From IMG/VR virus record IMGVR_UViG_3300045744_000007, positions 1-64,000 of that record: a stretch of DNA of 64,000 bases; one strand, 5' to 3'. The notes beneath the pieces were generated by a model, which was not told the DNA's origin, ran no database searches, and was given only the letters and a program-made list of their open reading frames with translations. The stretch comes from a virus. Lineage: Duplodnaviria > Heunggongvirae > Uroviricota > Caudoviricetes. The position numbers were made by a program, and so were the translations under genes. This document shows positions 37,271 through 44,424 of the stretch, in pieces (within the stretch, counting starts at the first letter, position 1; every line of letters starts with the position of its first letter).

Positions 37271-37343
37271 GCCTTCGTAGCTCATCTGGTAGAGCATTCC
37301 CCTCGTAAGGGAAAGGTGCTCGGTTCGAGTCCGAGCGAAGGCT
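37271..37343 (+). tRNA. tRNA-Thr (CGT)
   Basis: acceptor GCCTTCG/CGAAGGC; anticodon loop CTCGTAA; T-loop TTCGAGT. Confidence 0.8.
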
Positions 37344-37479
37344 CTGGGAAGAGGACCGGCTCCAACGTGGGTAGCGCCCGCACCGGAGATATGCCGGGTC
37401 AGGGGTAGATGGGTCCTAGGCAACCCAAGCTGCCGTGGATAATAGCCCGGGAATGGCTGACACTGTTCCTCTTCCTTCT

Positions 37480-37552
37480 GCCCGAGAAGCTCATGAGGAT
37501 GAGCGCCGACTTGGTAGGTCGGAGGTAGCGAGTTCGAATCTCGCCTGGGGCT
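37480..37552 (+). tRNA. tRNA-Thr (GGT)
   Basis: anticodon arm CCGAC-TTGGTAG-GTCGG; T-arm GCGAGTTCGAATCTCGC; one acceptor mismatch. Confidence 0.7.
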
Positions 37553-37555
37553 CTG

Positions 37556-37667
37556 GTCGTGGTGTAATAGGTGAGGGATACTTCTGACTCTTAATCAGAC
37601 GATCCGGTTCGACTCCGGCTAGGGCGTGGGCCTAGTCGTCTCCTTCGCCGCCTTGGATATCACGACT
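37556..37667 (+). ncRNA. chimeric tRNA-like RNA, family member B (112 nt; Lys-CTT anticodon arm, T-arm, extra hairpin)
   Basis: termini GTCGTGGTGT / ATATCACGAC; motifs GGTGTAATAGGTGAGGGATACTTC and CCTTCGCCGCCTTGGATATC. Confidence 0.5.
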
Positions 37668-37671
37668 TCTT

Positions 37672-37744
37672 TGCTCGCTAGGGTAATTGGCATCCCGGCT
37701 GATTCTGGGTCAGTAGATTCCAGGTTCGAATCCTGGGCGAGCAG
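37672..37744 (+). tRNA. tRNA-Gln (CTG)
   Basis: acceptor TGCTCGC/GCGAGCA; anticodon loop TTCTGGG; T-loop TTCGAAT. Confidence 0.75.
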
Positions 37745-37749
37745 CACTA

Positions 37750-37831
37750 GGGCCTAGGAACTAAGGGCCGTGAAGCCAACGGGTGCCTACGGGAGCGCGC
37801 TTCACGTCGGGTTCGACTCCCGATAGGTCCA
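37750..37831 (+). ncRNA. atypical tRNA-like element (acceptor + long hairpin + T-arm; no recognisable D/anticodon arms)
   Basis: acceptor GGGCCTA/TAGGTCC, T-arm TCGGGTTCGACTCCCGA, internal 8-bp stem CGTGAAGC/GCTTCACG. Confidence 0.35.
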
Positions 37832-37839
37832 CGTATCAT

Positions 37840-37912
37840 TGGCGAATGGGGTAATTGGTAGCCCGGTGGATTTTGGTTCCATACGATTCAGGTTCGAGTC
37901 CTGATTCGCCAG
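37840..37912 (+). tRNA. tRNA-Gln (TTG)
   Basis: acceptor TGGCGAA/TTCGCCA; anticodon loop TTTTGGT; T-arm TCAGGTTCGAGTCCTGA. Confidence 0.75.
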
Positions 37913-37915
37913 CCA

Positions 37916-37989
37916 GGAGCGGTGTAATTGACGAGGGTTACTTCTCAGCGGATGAAAACAACACCTTCGTCGCTTTGGATATCGCTCCC
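37916..37989 (+). ncRNA. chimeric tRNA-like RNA, family member C (74 nt minimal unit, no canonical T-loop)
   Basis: termini GGAGCGGTGT / ATATCGCTCC; motifs GGTGTAATTGACGAGGGTTACTTC and CCTTCGTCGCTTTGGATATC. Confidence 0.45.
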
Positions 37990-38154
37990 CAATCTTCCAT
38001 GGCAGACGGTAGAACAATAGTCTGCCCGTGTCGGGGCCCTGGCCTTCACAAAGGGCGCTCGACGGGACCAGGAGGGAAGTGAAGGCTCTCCTGGGGGCCG
38101 TGGTATACCGGAGAGCGATCTAGACGCTCAGGCGGACACTGGACGGCCCATCCT

Positions 38155-38227
38155 GCGGTTGTAGCTCAGTCGGTAGAGCGTCACCTTCCCAAGGTGAATG
38201 TCGCCGGTTCGATCCCGGTCAACCGCT
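38155..38227 (+). tRNA. tRNA-Gly (CCC)
   Basis: acceptor GCGGTTG/CAACCGC; anticodon loop TTCCCAA; T-loop TTCGATC. Confidence 0.8.
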
Positions 38228-38399
38228 CGTGGGCCCTCATAAGCCCAAGATGGGTCATCTTGACCGTTCTGGACCCCGAACTAACTAGAACGCTCTCAAG
38301 AATCCTCGTCGGCCGACGAGGTAGACGTACAGTGAGGTCAGTGTGCTCTCGAAAGCACGGCGGTTGGCTATCCGCCCGAACACCGCTCCTGTGCGTCGT

Positions 38400-38472
38400 G
38401 CGATTGAAGCTCAGTCGGTTGAGCGCCTGCTTGCCAAGTAGGAGGTCGGGGGTTCGAGTCCCCCCAGTCGCT
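38400..38472 (+). tRNA. tRNA-Gly (GCC)
   Basis: acceptor GCGATTG/CAGTCGC; anticodon loop TTGCCAA; T-arm GGGGGTTCGAGTCCCCC. Confidence 0.8.
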
Positions 38473-38534
38473 CTGGATCTGGTGGGCGTAATCGAAACCT
38501 CGGTCTCCGAGGGAGTAGGTCTGCCGGGTCCCCT

Positions 38535-38608
38535 GGCTTCCAAGCTCAGGCTGGGAGAGCGCCCGTCTGAAAAGCGGGAGGTTCAGGGTTCGACCCCCTG
38601 GGGAGCCA
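38535..38608 (+). tRNA. tRNA-Phe (GAA)
   Basis: acceptor GGCTTCC/GGGAGCC; anticodon loop CTGAAAA; T-loop TTCGACC. Confidence 0.8.
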
Positions 38609-38698
38609 CAACCCACCGACTTGACGCCTGGGCCCAGGCGTAAGCGGCCCGCAGCTTGAGTGGGAGTGCCGGTATGGTGTGCGGGTATCCGGCGTTAA

Positions 38699-38772
38699 CC
38701 GCTACAGTCCATCTGGTTGGTGGAACCTGCCTGATAAGCAGGTCGCGCGAGGTTCAACTCCTCGGTAGCGGA
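38699..38772 (+). tRNA. tRNA-Ile (GAT)
   Basis: acceptor CCGCTAC/GTAGCGG; anticodon arm CCTGC-CTGATAA-GCAGG; T-loop TTCAACT. Confidence 0.7.
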
Positions 38773-38834
38773 CTCCTCGCCCCCATCTCGGGCCGCGAGA
38801 AAGCACGGGGGTGGGTCTAGCACCTCCGTGCACT

Positions 38835-38907
38835 GGCCTCGTGTCTGCTGGCATGGCAACCCGGGTTTTCACCCCGGGGCGCAGGGGTTCGATTCCCCTC
38901 GAGGTCA
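38835..38907 (+). tRNA. tRNA-Glu (TTC)
   Basis: acceptor GGCCTCG/CGAGGTC; anticodon arm CCGGG-TTTTCAC-CCCGG; T-loop TTCGATT. Confidence 0.75.
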
Positions 38908-38988
38908 CGCAAGGAAAGACCCCTTGCAGTGCTGGTGACGGTGCGGGGTCAGGGCATCACTGGATCTGGTGCCCTCCCCATCATGGGG

Positions 38989-39017
38989 TTGACCCGGGAC
39001 ACCTCATGAGGTAGTCT
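38989..39017 (+). promoter_or_regulatory. internal tRNA-array promoter TTGACC-N17-TAGTCT (within GTTGAC...GTCAAC inverted repeat)
   Basis: family motif. Confidence 0.5.
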
Positions 39018-39071
39018 GGTGTCAACCCGGTCGGGGATCTGGGAACCAGCCCCGGAGCTGCCGACCGGTAC

Positions 39072-39144
39072 AAGGGCCATAACGGTGATTCGACGGAGTA
39101 GGACCGCATGTCGGAACTCCTTCGGACGAGGGTTCGACTCCCTC
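39072..39144 (+). ncRNA. atypical tRNA-like element (acceptor GGGCCAT/ATGGTCC + T-arm, arms not canonical)
   Basis: T-arm GAGGGTTCGACTCCCTC followed by ATGGTCCA; 5' arm assignment uncertain. Confidence 0.3.
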
Positions 39145-39355
39145 ATGGTCCACGCAAGATCCGACCAAGTAAGGGAGTAAGTGAACGTGCTCTACGCACT
39201 CTTCTCGACCTTCGGCTTCTCCTGGGAGGCTCCGTACCTCGCTGGGAGCCGCTGGGGATGATGAGTCTCTTCGAGGCTCTCATCTGGGGTCTCATCAAGG
39301 CTCCCAGCGGTAACAGTTGGGAGTAGCAGTACCGGGAGCAATGGCGCTCCCTCCT

Positions 39356-39430
39356 GGTCCCTTGGTCTTGTCTGGAGTAGACGCCGGGTTCTCAGCTCGG
39401 AGATCGTGGGTTCGAATCCCGCAGGGACTA
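39356..39430 (+). tRNA. tRNA-Glu (CTC)
   Basis: acceptor GGTCCCT/AGGGACT; D-arm GTCTTGTCTGGAGTAGAC; anticodon loop TTCTCAG; T-loop TTCGAAT. Confidence 0.75.
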
Positions 39431-39518
39431 CTTCGAGGCTCTGGGTGGTACGTGGGCAAGCTGGCTCTTCGGAGGCTGTCCAGCTTGGACGTCAGAGTGT
39501 AAGTTAAACCACCGACGA

Positions 39519-39593
39519 CGCGGAGTAGGGGAGTTCGGTGTCCCCGCTGGGCTCATAACCCAGAGATCGCGGGTTCAAATCCCGTCTCCGCTA
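39519..39593 (+). tRNA. initiator tRNA-fMet (CAT)
   Basis: C1:T72 unpaired end, anticodon stem with three G-C pairs (CTGGG/CCCAG), loop CTCATAA; T-loop TTCAAAT. Confidence 0.75.
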
Positions 39594-39594
39594 C

Positions 39595-39660
39595 GCCGAA
39601 CATCGGAAATCGTGCGAGTCTCATAAGCTTGCTGGCCTGGTTCGATTCCAGGGTTCGGTA
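39595..39660 (+). ncRNA. truncated tRNA-like with CAT anticodon loop immediately after tRNA-fMet (possible Met/Ile2 tRNA with reduced D-arm or pseudogene)
   Basis: acceptor GCCGAAC/GTTCGGT, anticodon arm CGAGT-CTCATAA-GCTTG, T-arm CCTGGTTCGATTCCAGG; D-arm only ~10 nt. Confidence 0.35.
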
Positions 39661-39784
39661 CGAAATCCAGGGTGACCGTATCCGTCCATTAATCCGGCCG
39701 GTAAGTGGGGAGAGGTTCCTGGTAGGTGGTGCAGACAGCATCTCTAAAAGGCGGGGTCGCTCCCTTACCCTCTGTCTGCGTTAC

Positions 39785-39857
39785 ACCCCTCTAGCTCAGT
39801 TGGTAGAGCAGCTGACTCTTAATCAGCGAGTCGTGGGTTCGAGTCCCTCGGGGGGTA
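39785..39857 (+). tRNA. tRNA-Lys (CTT)
   Basis: anticodon arm GCTGA-CTCTTAA-TCAGC; D-arm TAGCTCAGTTGGTAGAGCA; T-loop TTCGAGT. Confidence 0.75.
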
Positions 39858-39871
39858 CGCAAGAAGTTCAT

Positions 39872-39943
39872 TGCTCAGTAGCACAACGGCAGTGCGGCTC
39901 CCTGTTAAGGAGATGGTTACAGGTTCGAATCCTGTCTGAGCAG
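39872..39943 (+). tRNA. tRNA-Asn (GTT)
   Basis: acceptor TGCTCAG/CTGAGCA; anticodon loop CTGTTAA; T-arm ACAGGTTCGAATCCTGT. Confidence 0.75.
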
Positions 39944-39947
39944 CGCA

Positions 39948-40114
39948 AGTGCGGTGTAGAGTGAGAGGGTTACTTCTGCCAACCAGTAGGCCGTGGGTTC
40001 GAGTCCCACCGCGCAGGCCCTCGGGACTGGTGTAGCTCAGAGGAAGAGCGACTGGAATCTACCGGATCAGGCGAGAGCCCCCGGGTCTCCTTCTCCGAAT
40101 TGGATATCGCACTT
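39948..40114 (+). ncRNA. chimeric tRNA-like RNA, family member D (167 nt; T-arm plus tRNA 5'-half-like segment)
   Basis: termini AGTGCGGTGT / ATATCGCACT; motifs GGTGTAGAGTGAGAGGGTTACTTC and CCTTCTCCGAATTGGATATC. Confidence 0.45.
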
Positions 40115-40118
40115 ACAT

Positions 40119-40192
40119 GGGGATGTAGCTCCAATTGGTAGAGCAACTGCTTTGCAAGCAGACGGTTGCCGGTTCGAATCCGGCCATCTCCA
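40119..40192 (+). tRNA. tRNA-Ala (TGC)
   Basis: acceptor GGGGATG/CATCTCC; anticodon loop TTTGCAA; T-arm GCCGGTTCGAATCCGGC. Confidence 0.8.
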
Positions 40193-40316
40193 CTGGATTC
40201 CTATCTGATCGCGACAGACCCTAGAGTTGCTGGAAACGCTGCGCATGAGAGGCGTCTTGTGTGTGGGGTGGGCCAGACTCTTCGAGGTGGCGGCCCCAAG
40301 CTGCTAGGAATCCAGC
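40192..40316 (+). repeat. long-range inverted repeat CTGGATTCCTA ... TAGGAATCCAG enclosing ~100 nt
   Basis: 11-bp arms between tRNA-Ala and tRNA-Asp. Confidence 0.4.
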
Positions 40317-40319
40317 CAT

Positions 40320-40394
40320 GCCGACGTAACTCAGTCTGGTTAGAGTGCCACCCTGTCAAGGTGGAAGTCGCGGGTTCGAGTCCCGTCGTTGGCG
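40320..40394 (+). tRNA. tRNA-Asp (GTC)
   Basis: acceptor GCCGACG/CGTTGGC; anticodon arm CCACC-CTGTCAA-GGTGG; T-loop TTCGAGT. Confidence 0.8.
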
Positions 40395-40446
40395 CTGGAG
40401 GGATCGGTACGGCCAGGAGAGGTTCGATTCCTCTCGTCCCTCCTCT

Positions 40447-40518
40447 TGCCCGGTTAGCTCAGCGGGAGAGCACTGGTTTCACACACCAGGTGTCGGAGGT
40501 TCGACTCCTCCACTGGGT
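40447..40518 (+). tRNA. tRNA-Val (CAC)
   Basis: anticodon arm CTGGT-TTCACAC-ACCAG; T-arm GGAGGTTCGACTCCTCC. Confidence 0.75.
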
Positions 40519-40943
40519 ACTCCGTCCGGGGAGTGGACGGGTTGCGTGAAGGTAGCAAGAACGGTCGGGGTTTACGGGTCTCCGCTCGAAGGCTGGTCAT
40601 GATCTCCTCTGCTGAAACACGGGAGGGAGCCAGACCTGCCTCGACCGCATGGAAGTGCTCCCATTGGCGTGGGAACCGGTCCCGAAAACCGGAGCGGGTA
40701 ACACCGTTGGGGGTTCGAATCCCTCCGCTTCCGCAAGCTGACGTTCCGCGGTTCGATTCCGTGGGGACTGGTTCGAATCCAGTGAGTCGGTTGCTCCCGA
40801 CGTTCCGGATGGCCCGGGGAGGTTCCAACGTCAGCCTTAGTTGTAGCCCGAAAGGCCCCGGGAACGGCCTGGAGGGTGAAAGGTGTCCAGTGCTGCCACC
40901 AGGGCCGTTAGCCCGTCGTGGGTTCCTCAGTGAGTGGCACCGA

Positions 40944-41016
40944 GCCGTCTTAGCCCAATGGCAGAGGCACAGTCTTGAGGAGGCTGACAGTGTGGGTTCG
41001 AATCCCACAGACGGTA
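40944..41016 (+). tRNA. class-I-shaped tRNA with Leu anticodon GAG (atypical: short variable arm)
   Basis: D-arm GCCCAATGGCAGAGGC; anticodon loop TTGAGGA; 5-nt variable loop; T-arm GTGGGTTCGAATCCCAC; A73. Confidence 0.55.
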
Positions 41017-41115
41017 CTCGCCGGTGTCAACGGGGTCAGACTGAGCGATCGTGAACCCCGAAGGCTGCTCATGATCCAGTCTTCCAGTGGGGAGGTAGAC
41101 CTGCATCGGCGTACT

Positions 41116-41187
41116 GCCTCCGTAGCTCAGAGGAAGAGCAGCGAGCTTTTAACTCGCGGGTCGGGATGTCGGAATTCCCCGGGGGCA
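41116..41187 (+). tRNA. tRNA-Lys (TTT) with non-canonical T-loop
   Basis: anticodon arm GCGAG-CTTTTAA-CTCGC; T-loop GTCGGAA lacks TTC. Confidence 0.5.
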
Positions 41188-41192
41188 CATGC

Positions 41193-41265
41193 GGCGCTCT
41201 AGCCCAATGGCAGAGGCGACGGTCTCAAAAGCCGTTCAGTGAGGGTTCGAATCCCTCGGGCGCTA
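41193..41265 (+). tRNA. class-I-shaped tRNA with Leu anticodon CAA (atypical)
   Basis: same D-arm GCCCAATGGCAGAGGC; anticodon loop CTCAAAA; 5-nt variable loop; A73. Confidence 0.55.
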
Positions 41266-41395
41266 CTGACTCTCTCCAGTCGCGAGGAGAGAGGTGGGAA
41301 CAGCTTCGAGCTGATTCGGTGGGACGGGGCAGGCAATCCCGTCCAGTAGACGGAGACGCGCCGCCGCCTTGCCTGAATAGACAGGCTCCAGTCGT

Positions 41396-41479
41396 GGAAG
41401 GTATCCGAACTGGCGAGGAGCCTCGTTGGAAGCGAGGTGCGGAGCAATCCGTTGTGGGTTCGAGCCCCACACCTTCCGC
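41396..41479 (+). tRNA. tRNA-Ser (GGA), class II
   Basis: anticodon arm CCTCG-TTGGAAG-CGAGG; long variable arm; T-arm GTGGGTTCGAGCCCCAC. Confidence 0.75.
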
Positions 41480-41581
41480 AACCGGTTGTCCGGGACTGCC
41501 GTGCGATGGTCAGGCTGAGATGACTGCCGATCGCGTGGAAGGGCTCTGACCGTCTCAGCGGTCAACACCCATCCCGGAATT

Positions 41582-41664
41582 GGAAGCGTGGCAGAGTGGT
41601 AATGCAGCGCCCTGCTAAGGCGTAACGGGTAACACCGTCGCAGGTTCGATCCCTGCCGCTTCCG
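41582..41664 (+). tRNA. tRNA-Ser (GCT), class II
   Basis: acceptor GGAAGCG/CGCTTCC; anticodon loop CTGCTAA; long variable arm; T-loop TTCGATC. Confidence 0.8.
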
Positions 41665-41764
41665 CGCGCTGGAGATCCGGCTTTCCTAAGCTGACGCCAG
41701 CCGGACCCTGGCTACAGGGAAGAGTCAGAGAGAACGAGGAAAATACAAAACCTGTAGTCGCTAG

Positions 41765-41839
41765 CCGACTTAGCCCAATCTGGTAGAGGCGTCCGGTTCA
41801 GGGCCGGAATGTTGAGAGTTCGAATCTCTCAGTCGGTAC
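41765..41839 (+). tRNA. class-I-shaped tRNA with Leu anticodon CAG (atypical)
   Basis: D-arm GCCCAATCTGGTAGAGGC; anticodon arm TCCGG-TTCAGGG-CCGGA; 5-nt variable loop; A73. Confidence 0.55.
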
Positions 41840-41897
41840 GTGAGGCTCAAGAAGCGGGCCCACACCCTCAGATGTCATGAACACAGAAGGGTGACAA

Positions 41898-42320
41898 TTG
41901 AAGCTTCGTATGATTGCTGCGCTCTCCGCAGCGCTGATCGGTATCGGGGTCGCCTCCGCTCCGGCTCAGGCCACCGTCACGAACTACCGATCCACCGGGA
42001 CCTGCACGCTGGCCGGGACGGTTTGGAACCTCACGGATCTGTACCACCGTGACTCCGCGACCGGGAACGTCCAGTCCTTCGGCTTCGCCTTCTCCCGGAA
42101 GTCCGGGACGGGGAAGATCTCGGAGTTGCAGATCACCTGGTCCGGCTCCTCGCCCTCGACCCTGTGGTACGGGATCTGGCCGACCGGGATCACGTCCATC
42201 GGTGACACCTCGTTCACCGCGACTCCGTCGTGGCAGGCCAGCCAGTCGGTCTACTACAACATCACCTCCCCGAGTTCCTCGGGGAACCAGACGACCACCT
42301 GTGCGGTGAACGTCACCTGA
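41898..42320 (+). CDS. secreted protein (signal peptide), paralog A
   Basis: TTG after AGAAGGGTGACAA; signal peptide ...ASAPAQA; YRSTGTC..VGTVWN..LYHRDS core shared with next gene. Confidence 0.65.
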   Translation: MKLRMIAALSAALIGIGVASAPAQATVTNYRSTGTCTLAGTVWNLTDLYHRDSATGNVQSFGFAFSRKSGTGKISELQITWSGSSPSTLWYGIWPTGITSIGDTSFTATPSWQASQSVYYNITSPSSSGNQTTTCAVNVT

Positions 42321-42760
42321 TGCGATTCTCGAAGCTCCGTCTGGGCATCGCCGCGTTTCTGGCCGCGCTCGTCGCTCTGCCCGTCCTCACTGCCGACGCT
42401 GAGGCGGCAGTGGTGGACTACCGATCCACCGGGACCTGCTCGGTCGTGGGGACCGTCTGGAACATGACGAGTCTCTACCACCGTGACTCGACCACCGGGA
42501 GCGTGAAGTCCTACGGCTTCAACGTCTCCCGGAAGTCCGGCACCGGGACGCTCCGGTCGGTCTACGTCGACTGGTACAACCATGGGATCCTCGGGGAGTA
42601 CCTCTATCCGGAGACCGGTTCGTCCAACACGAACACTGGCGACCAGATCTATGGCTGGGCCACCCCGGACTGGGAGGCGTCTCAGCAGCTCATCTTCAAG
42701 ATCTCGTCCCCGAGTTCGGGCGGCACCCGGACGTCGACCTGTCTGATGACGATCACCTGA
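42320..42760 (+). CDS. secreted protein (signal peptide), paralog B
   Basis: ATG overlapping stop; signal peptide ...TADAEAA; same conserved core. Confidence 0.65.
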   Translation: MRFSKLRLGIAAFLAALVALPVLTADAEAAVVDYRSTGTCSVVGTVWNMTSLYHRDSTTGSVKSYGFNVSRKSGTGTLRSVYVDWYNHGILGEYLYPETGSSNTNTGDQIYGWATPDWEASQQLIFKISSPSSGGTRTSTCLMTIT

Positions 42761-42850
42761 CGTCTCTGAATGCGCGGCGCTTCTCTTGCCCTCCTGTTTA
42801 GAGAAGCCCGGCTACTGGGGTGGGCCCGCCCAGGCGCAACACGGGCCATC

Positions 42851-42924
42851 CGGAATGTGGCGCAGCTTGGTAGCGCACTCGGTTCGGGACCGAGAGGCCG
42901 CAGGTTCAAATCCTGCCATTCCGA
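42851..42924 (+). tRNA. tRNA-Pro (CGG)
   Basis: acceptor CGGAATG/CATTCCG; anticodon loop TTCGGGA; T-arm GCAGGTTCAAATCCTGC. Confidence 0.8.
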
Positions 42925-42974
42925 CTGTTCTCTGGGAGGTCCGCAGCTTCCCCGTAGTGGCTCCCAGAGAACTT

Positions 42975-43046
42975 GCCTGGTTAGCTCAGCGGAAGAGCGC
43001 CTGTATGACATACAGGAGGTCCGGGGTTCGACACCCTGACTAGGCA
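42975..43046 (+). tRNA. tRNA-Val (GAC)
   Basis: anticodon arm CCTGT-ATGACAT-ACAGG; T-loop TTCGACA. Confidence 0.75.
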
Positions 43047-43048
43047 CT

Positions 43049-43122
43049 GTGTCTGAAGCTGAAGTGGTCGAAGCGCCGGGATGTGGCCCCGGAGGTAGGG
43101 AGTTCGAGTCTCCTCAGACACC
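43049..43122 (+). tRNA. tRNA-His (GTG)
   Basis: acceptor GTGTCTG/CAGACAC; anticodon arm CCGGG-ATGTGGC-CCCGG; T-loop TTCGAGT. Confidence 0.75.
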
Positions 43123-43126
43123 CCAC

Positions 43127-43155
43127 TTGACTAGTTGACACGAGTGAACTAGACT
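43127..43155 (+). promoter_or_regulatory. promoter TTGACT-agttgacacgagtgaac-TAGACT driving leaderless gene
   Basis: family motif; ATG 7 nt downstream. Confidence 0.6.
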
Positions 43156-43162
43156 CTCCTGC

Positions 43163-43423
43163 ATGAGAGACACAGTCCACTACAAGGTCATCTTCGAGGT
43201 GCGCGAGAAGTACAACATGACTCAGGATCTGGCCCAGGTGGGCTGGGCGAAGTTCGGCAACTTCAACCGGCTCTCGGCCAGAACGTACGAGGTTTCCGGA
43301 ACGAGATGTCTCGACCCGAACCTCTGGCAGTTTCCTGAGGTGCTCATGCACTACGTGCAGTCCGTCTTCAGCGAGATCAAGATCGACATCCTCGAGTTCT
43401 CGATGAAGGTCGAGATCGACTAA
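43163..43423 (+). CDS. hypothetical protein (leaderless)
   Basis: ATG 7 nt downstream of -10 TAGACT. Confidence 0.55.
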   Translation: MRDTVHYKVIFEVREKYNMTQDLAQVGWAKFGNFNRLSARTYEVSGTRCLDPNLWQFPEVLMHYVQSVFSEIKIDILEFSMKVEID

Positions 43424-43701
43424 TGGACACCAAGAAGATCCGATACAGGGCCGTCTTCAAGACCACTCGGCCGCTGGAGCAGGACGAGGCCAAGGCGCTC
43501 TGGGAGCGCTTCGGGGACTTCCATCGAGTCAGCGCCAACAAGTACGCAGTCTCCTCGGAGAGCCTCGCTCCTAGTTGGGCCGTGTTGTCGGTCCTGGCCC
43601 ACGACGTTTGGGTGCGGGTTCTCGATGTCATCGGGCACGTCGCTTTCAAGAACGTGTCGATCCTGGTGGAAGAGGTCGAGGAGGATGACGTTTCAGTCTG
43701 A
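43423..43701 (+). CDS. hypothetical protein (paralog of 43163..43423)
   Basis: ATG overlapping TAA; shared Y.VIF...R..W..FG.F.R.S pattern. Confidence 0.55.
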   Translation: MDTKKIRYRAVFKTTRPLEQDEAKALWERFGDFHRVSANKYAVSSESLAPSWAVLSVLAHDVWVRVLDVIGHVAFKNVSILVEEVEEDDVSV

Positions 43702-43885
43702 GGACGTGTTCACCTTCTGCTTCACGATCGGTGTGGCGCTGTCCCGGCCGCCCCAGGTGGACGAGTACCGGAAGGTCATCCTCACGGCTCCGAACGAGCT
43801 GGAAGCCTGGCAGACCGCTTGCCTGATGGCATCAGCAGGAGCGGTCATGCCGGTGTCCTCGGTGCTGGAGTACGTTGAATTCTGA
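43685..43885 (+). CDS. small protein, start uncertain
   Basis: ATG in frame of track ORF 43625..43885. Confidence 0.35.
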   Translation: MTFQSEDVFTFCFTIGVALSRPPQVDEYRKVILTAPNELEAWQTACLMASAGAVMPVSSVLEYVEF

Positions 43886-44000
43886 GAGAAAGCTGACGGG
43901 TGTGACGAGCCTGGCAGAGCTGTGGACGAGGAGCACGGGACGTCGCCTAACTCTTCTCGTCGCGACAGCACAAGCAGTTGCAGGATGTTGCGGTGCCTGC

Positions 44001-44042
44001 AATGGCTATGGACGAGGGGCTACGCCCCCGGGCCCTCGTCCA
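44001..44042 (+). repeat. 14-bp perfect inverted repeat GCTATGGACGAGGG ... CCCTCGTCCATAGC
   Basis: strong hairpin upstream of tRNA-Tyr. Confidence 0.5.
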
Positions 44043-44047
44043 TAGCC

Positions 44048-44130
44048 GCTCGCGTGGAAACAACCTGGTGGTTGAGGCGGTCTGTAAAACCGTTGCTACG
44101 GCACGGCAGGTTCGATCCCTGCTCCACGCA
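44048..44130 (+). tRNA. tRNA-Tyr (GTA), class II
   Basis: acceptor GCGTGGA/TCCACGC; anticodon loop CTGTAAA; 12-nt variable arm; T-loop TTCGATC. Confidence 0.7.
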
Positions 44131-44303
44131 CGTCAAGGGCACTAGCTCTTGGAAGTGGGACTGGTAGGCGTCCGGAAGGTCGCTGAGCCAGGTTCCTGCG
44201 GGATGCGACCTCCTGTCGGTGGAGGCTTTCGGATGCCAGTACGAGGCTGAGTGGTTGCACCCGCTCAGTAGCGCCGGTCGAGACGGCAATCTCGACCGGA
44301 CAC

Positions 44304-44375
44304 CGCACTGTGGGAGAACGGCGATCCAGCAGACTGCAAATCTGTTCCATGCCGGTTCGAGTCCGGCCAGTGCGT
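44304..44375 (+). tRNA. tRNA-Cys (GCA)
   Basis: acceptor CGCACTG/CAGTGCG; anticodon loop CTGCAAA; T-arm GCCGGTTCGAGTCCGGC. Confidence 0.75.
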
Positions 44376-44388
44376 CTCAGAGCACTAG

Positions 44389-44417
44389 TTGACAAGAAGC
44401 AACCAGGCTGCTAGAGT
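44389..44417 (+). promoter_or_regulatory. promoter TTGACA-N17-TAGAGT driving leaderless gene
   Basis: family motif; ATG 7 nt downstream. Confidence 0.6.
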
Positions 44418-44424
44418 TCTGGTC

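Noticed and set aside
36845-40114. Group I intron interrupting tRNAs as the explanation for the chimeric A-E elements
   Set aside because: Inserts are only 42-138 nt and no P/Q/R/S core elements are seen; the conserved motifs flank rather than interrupt an anticodon loop.
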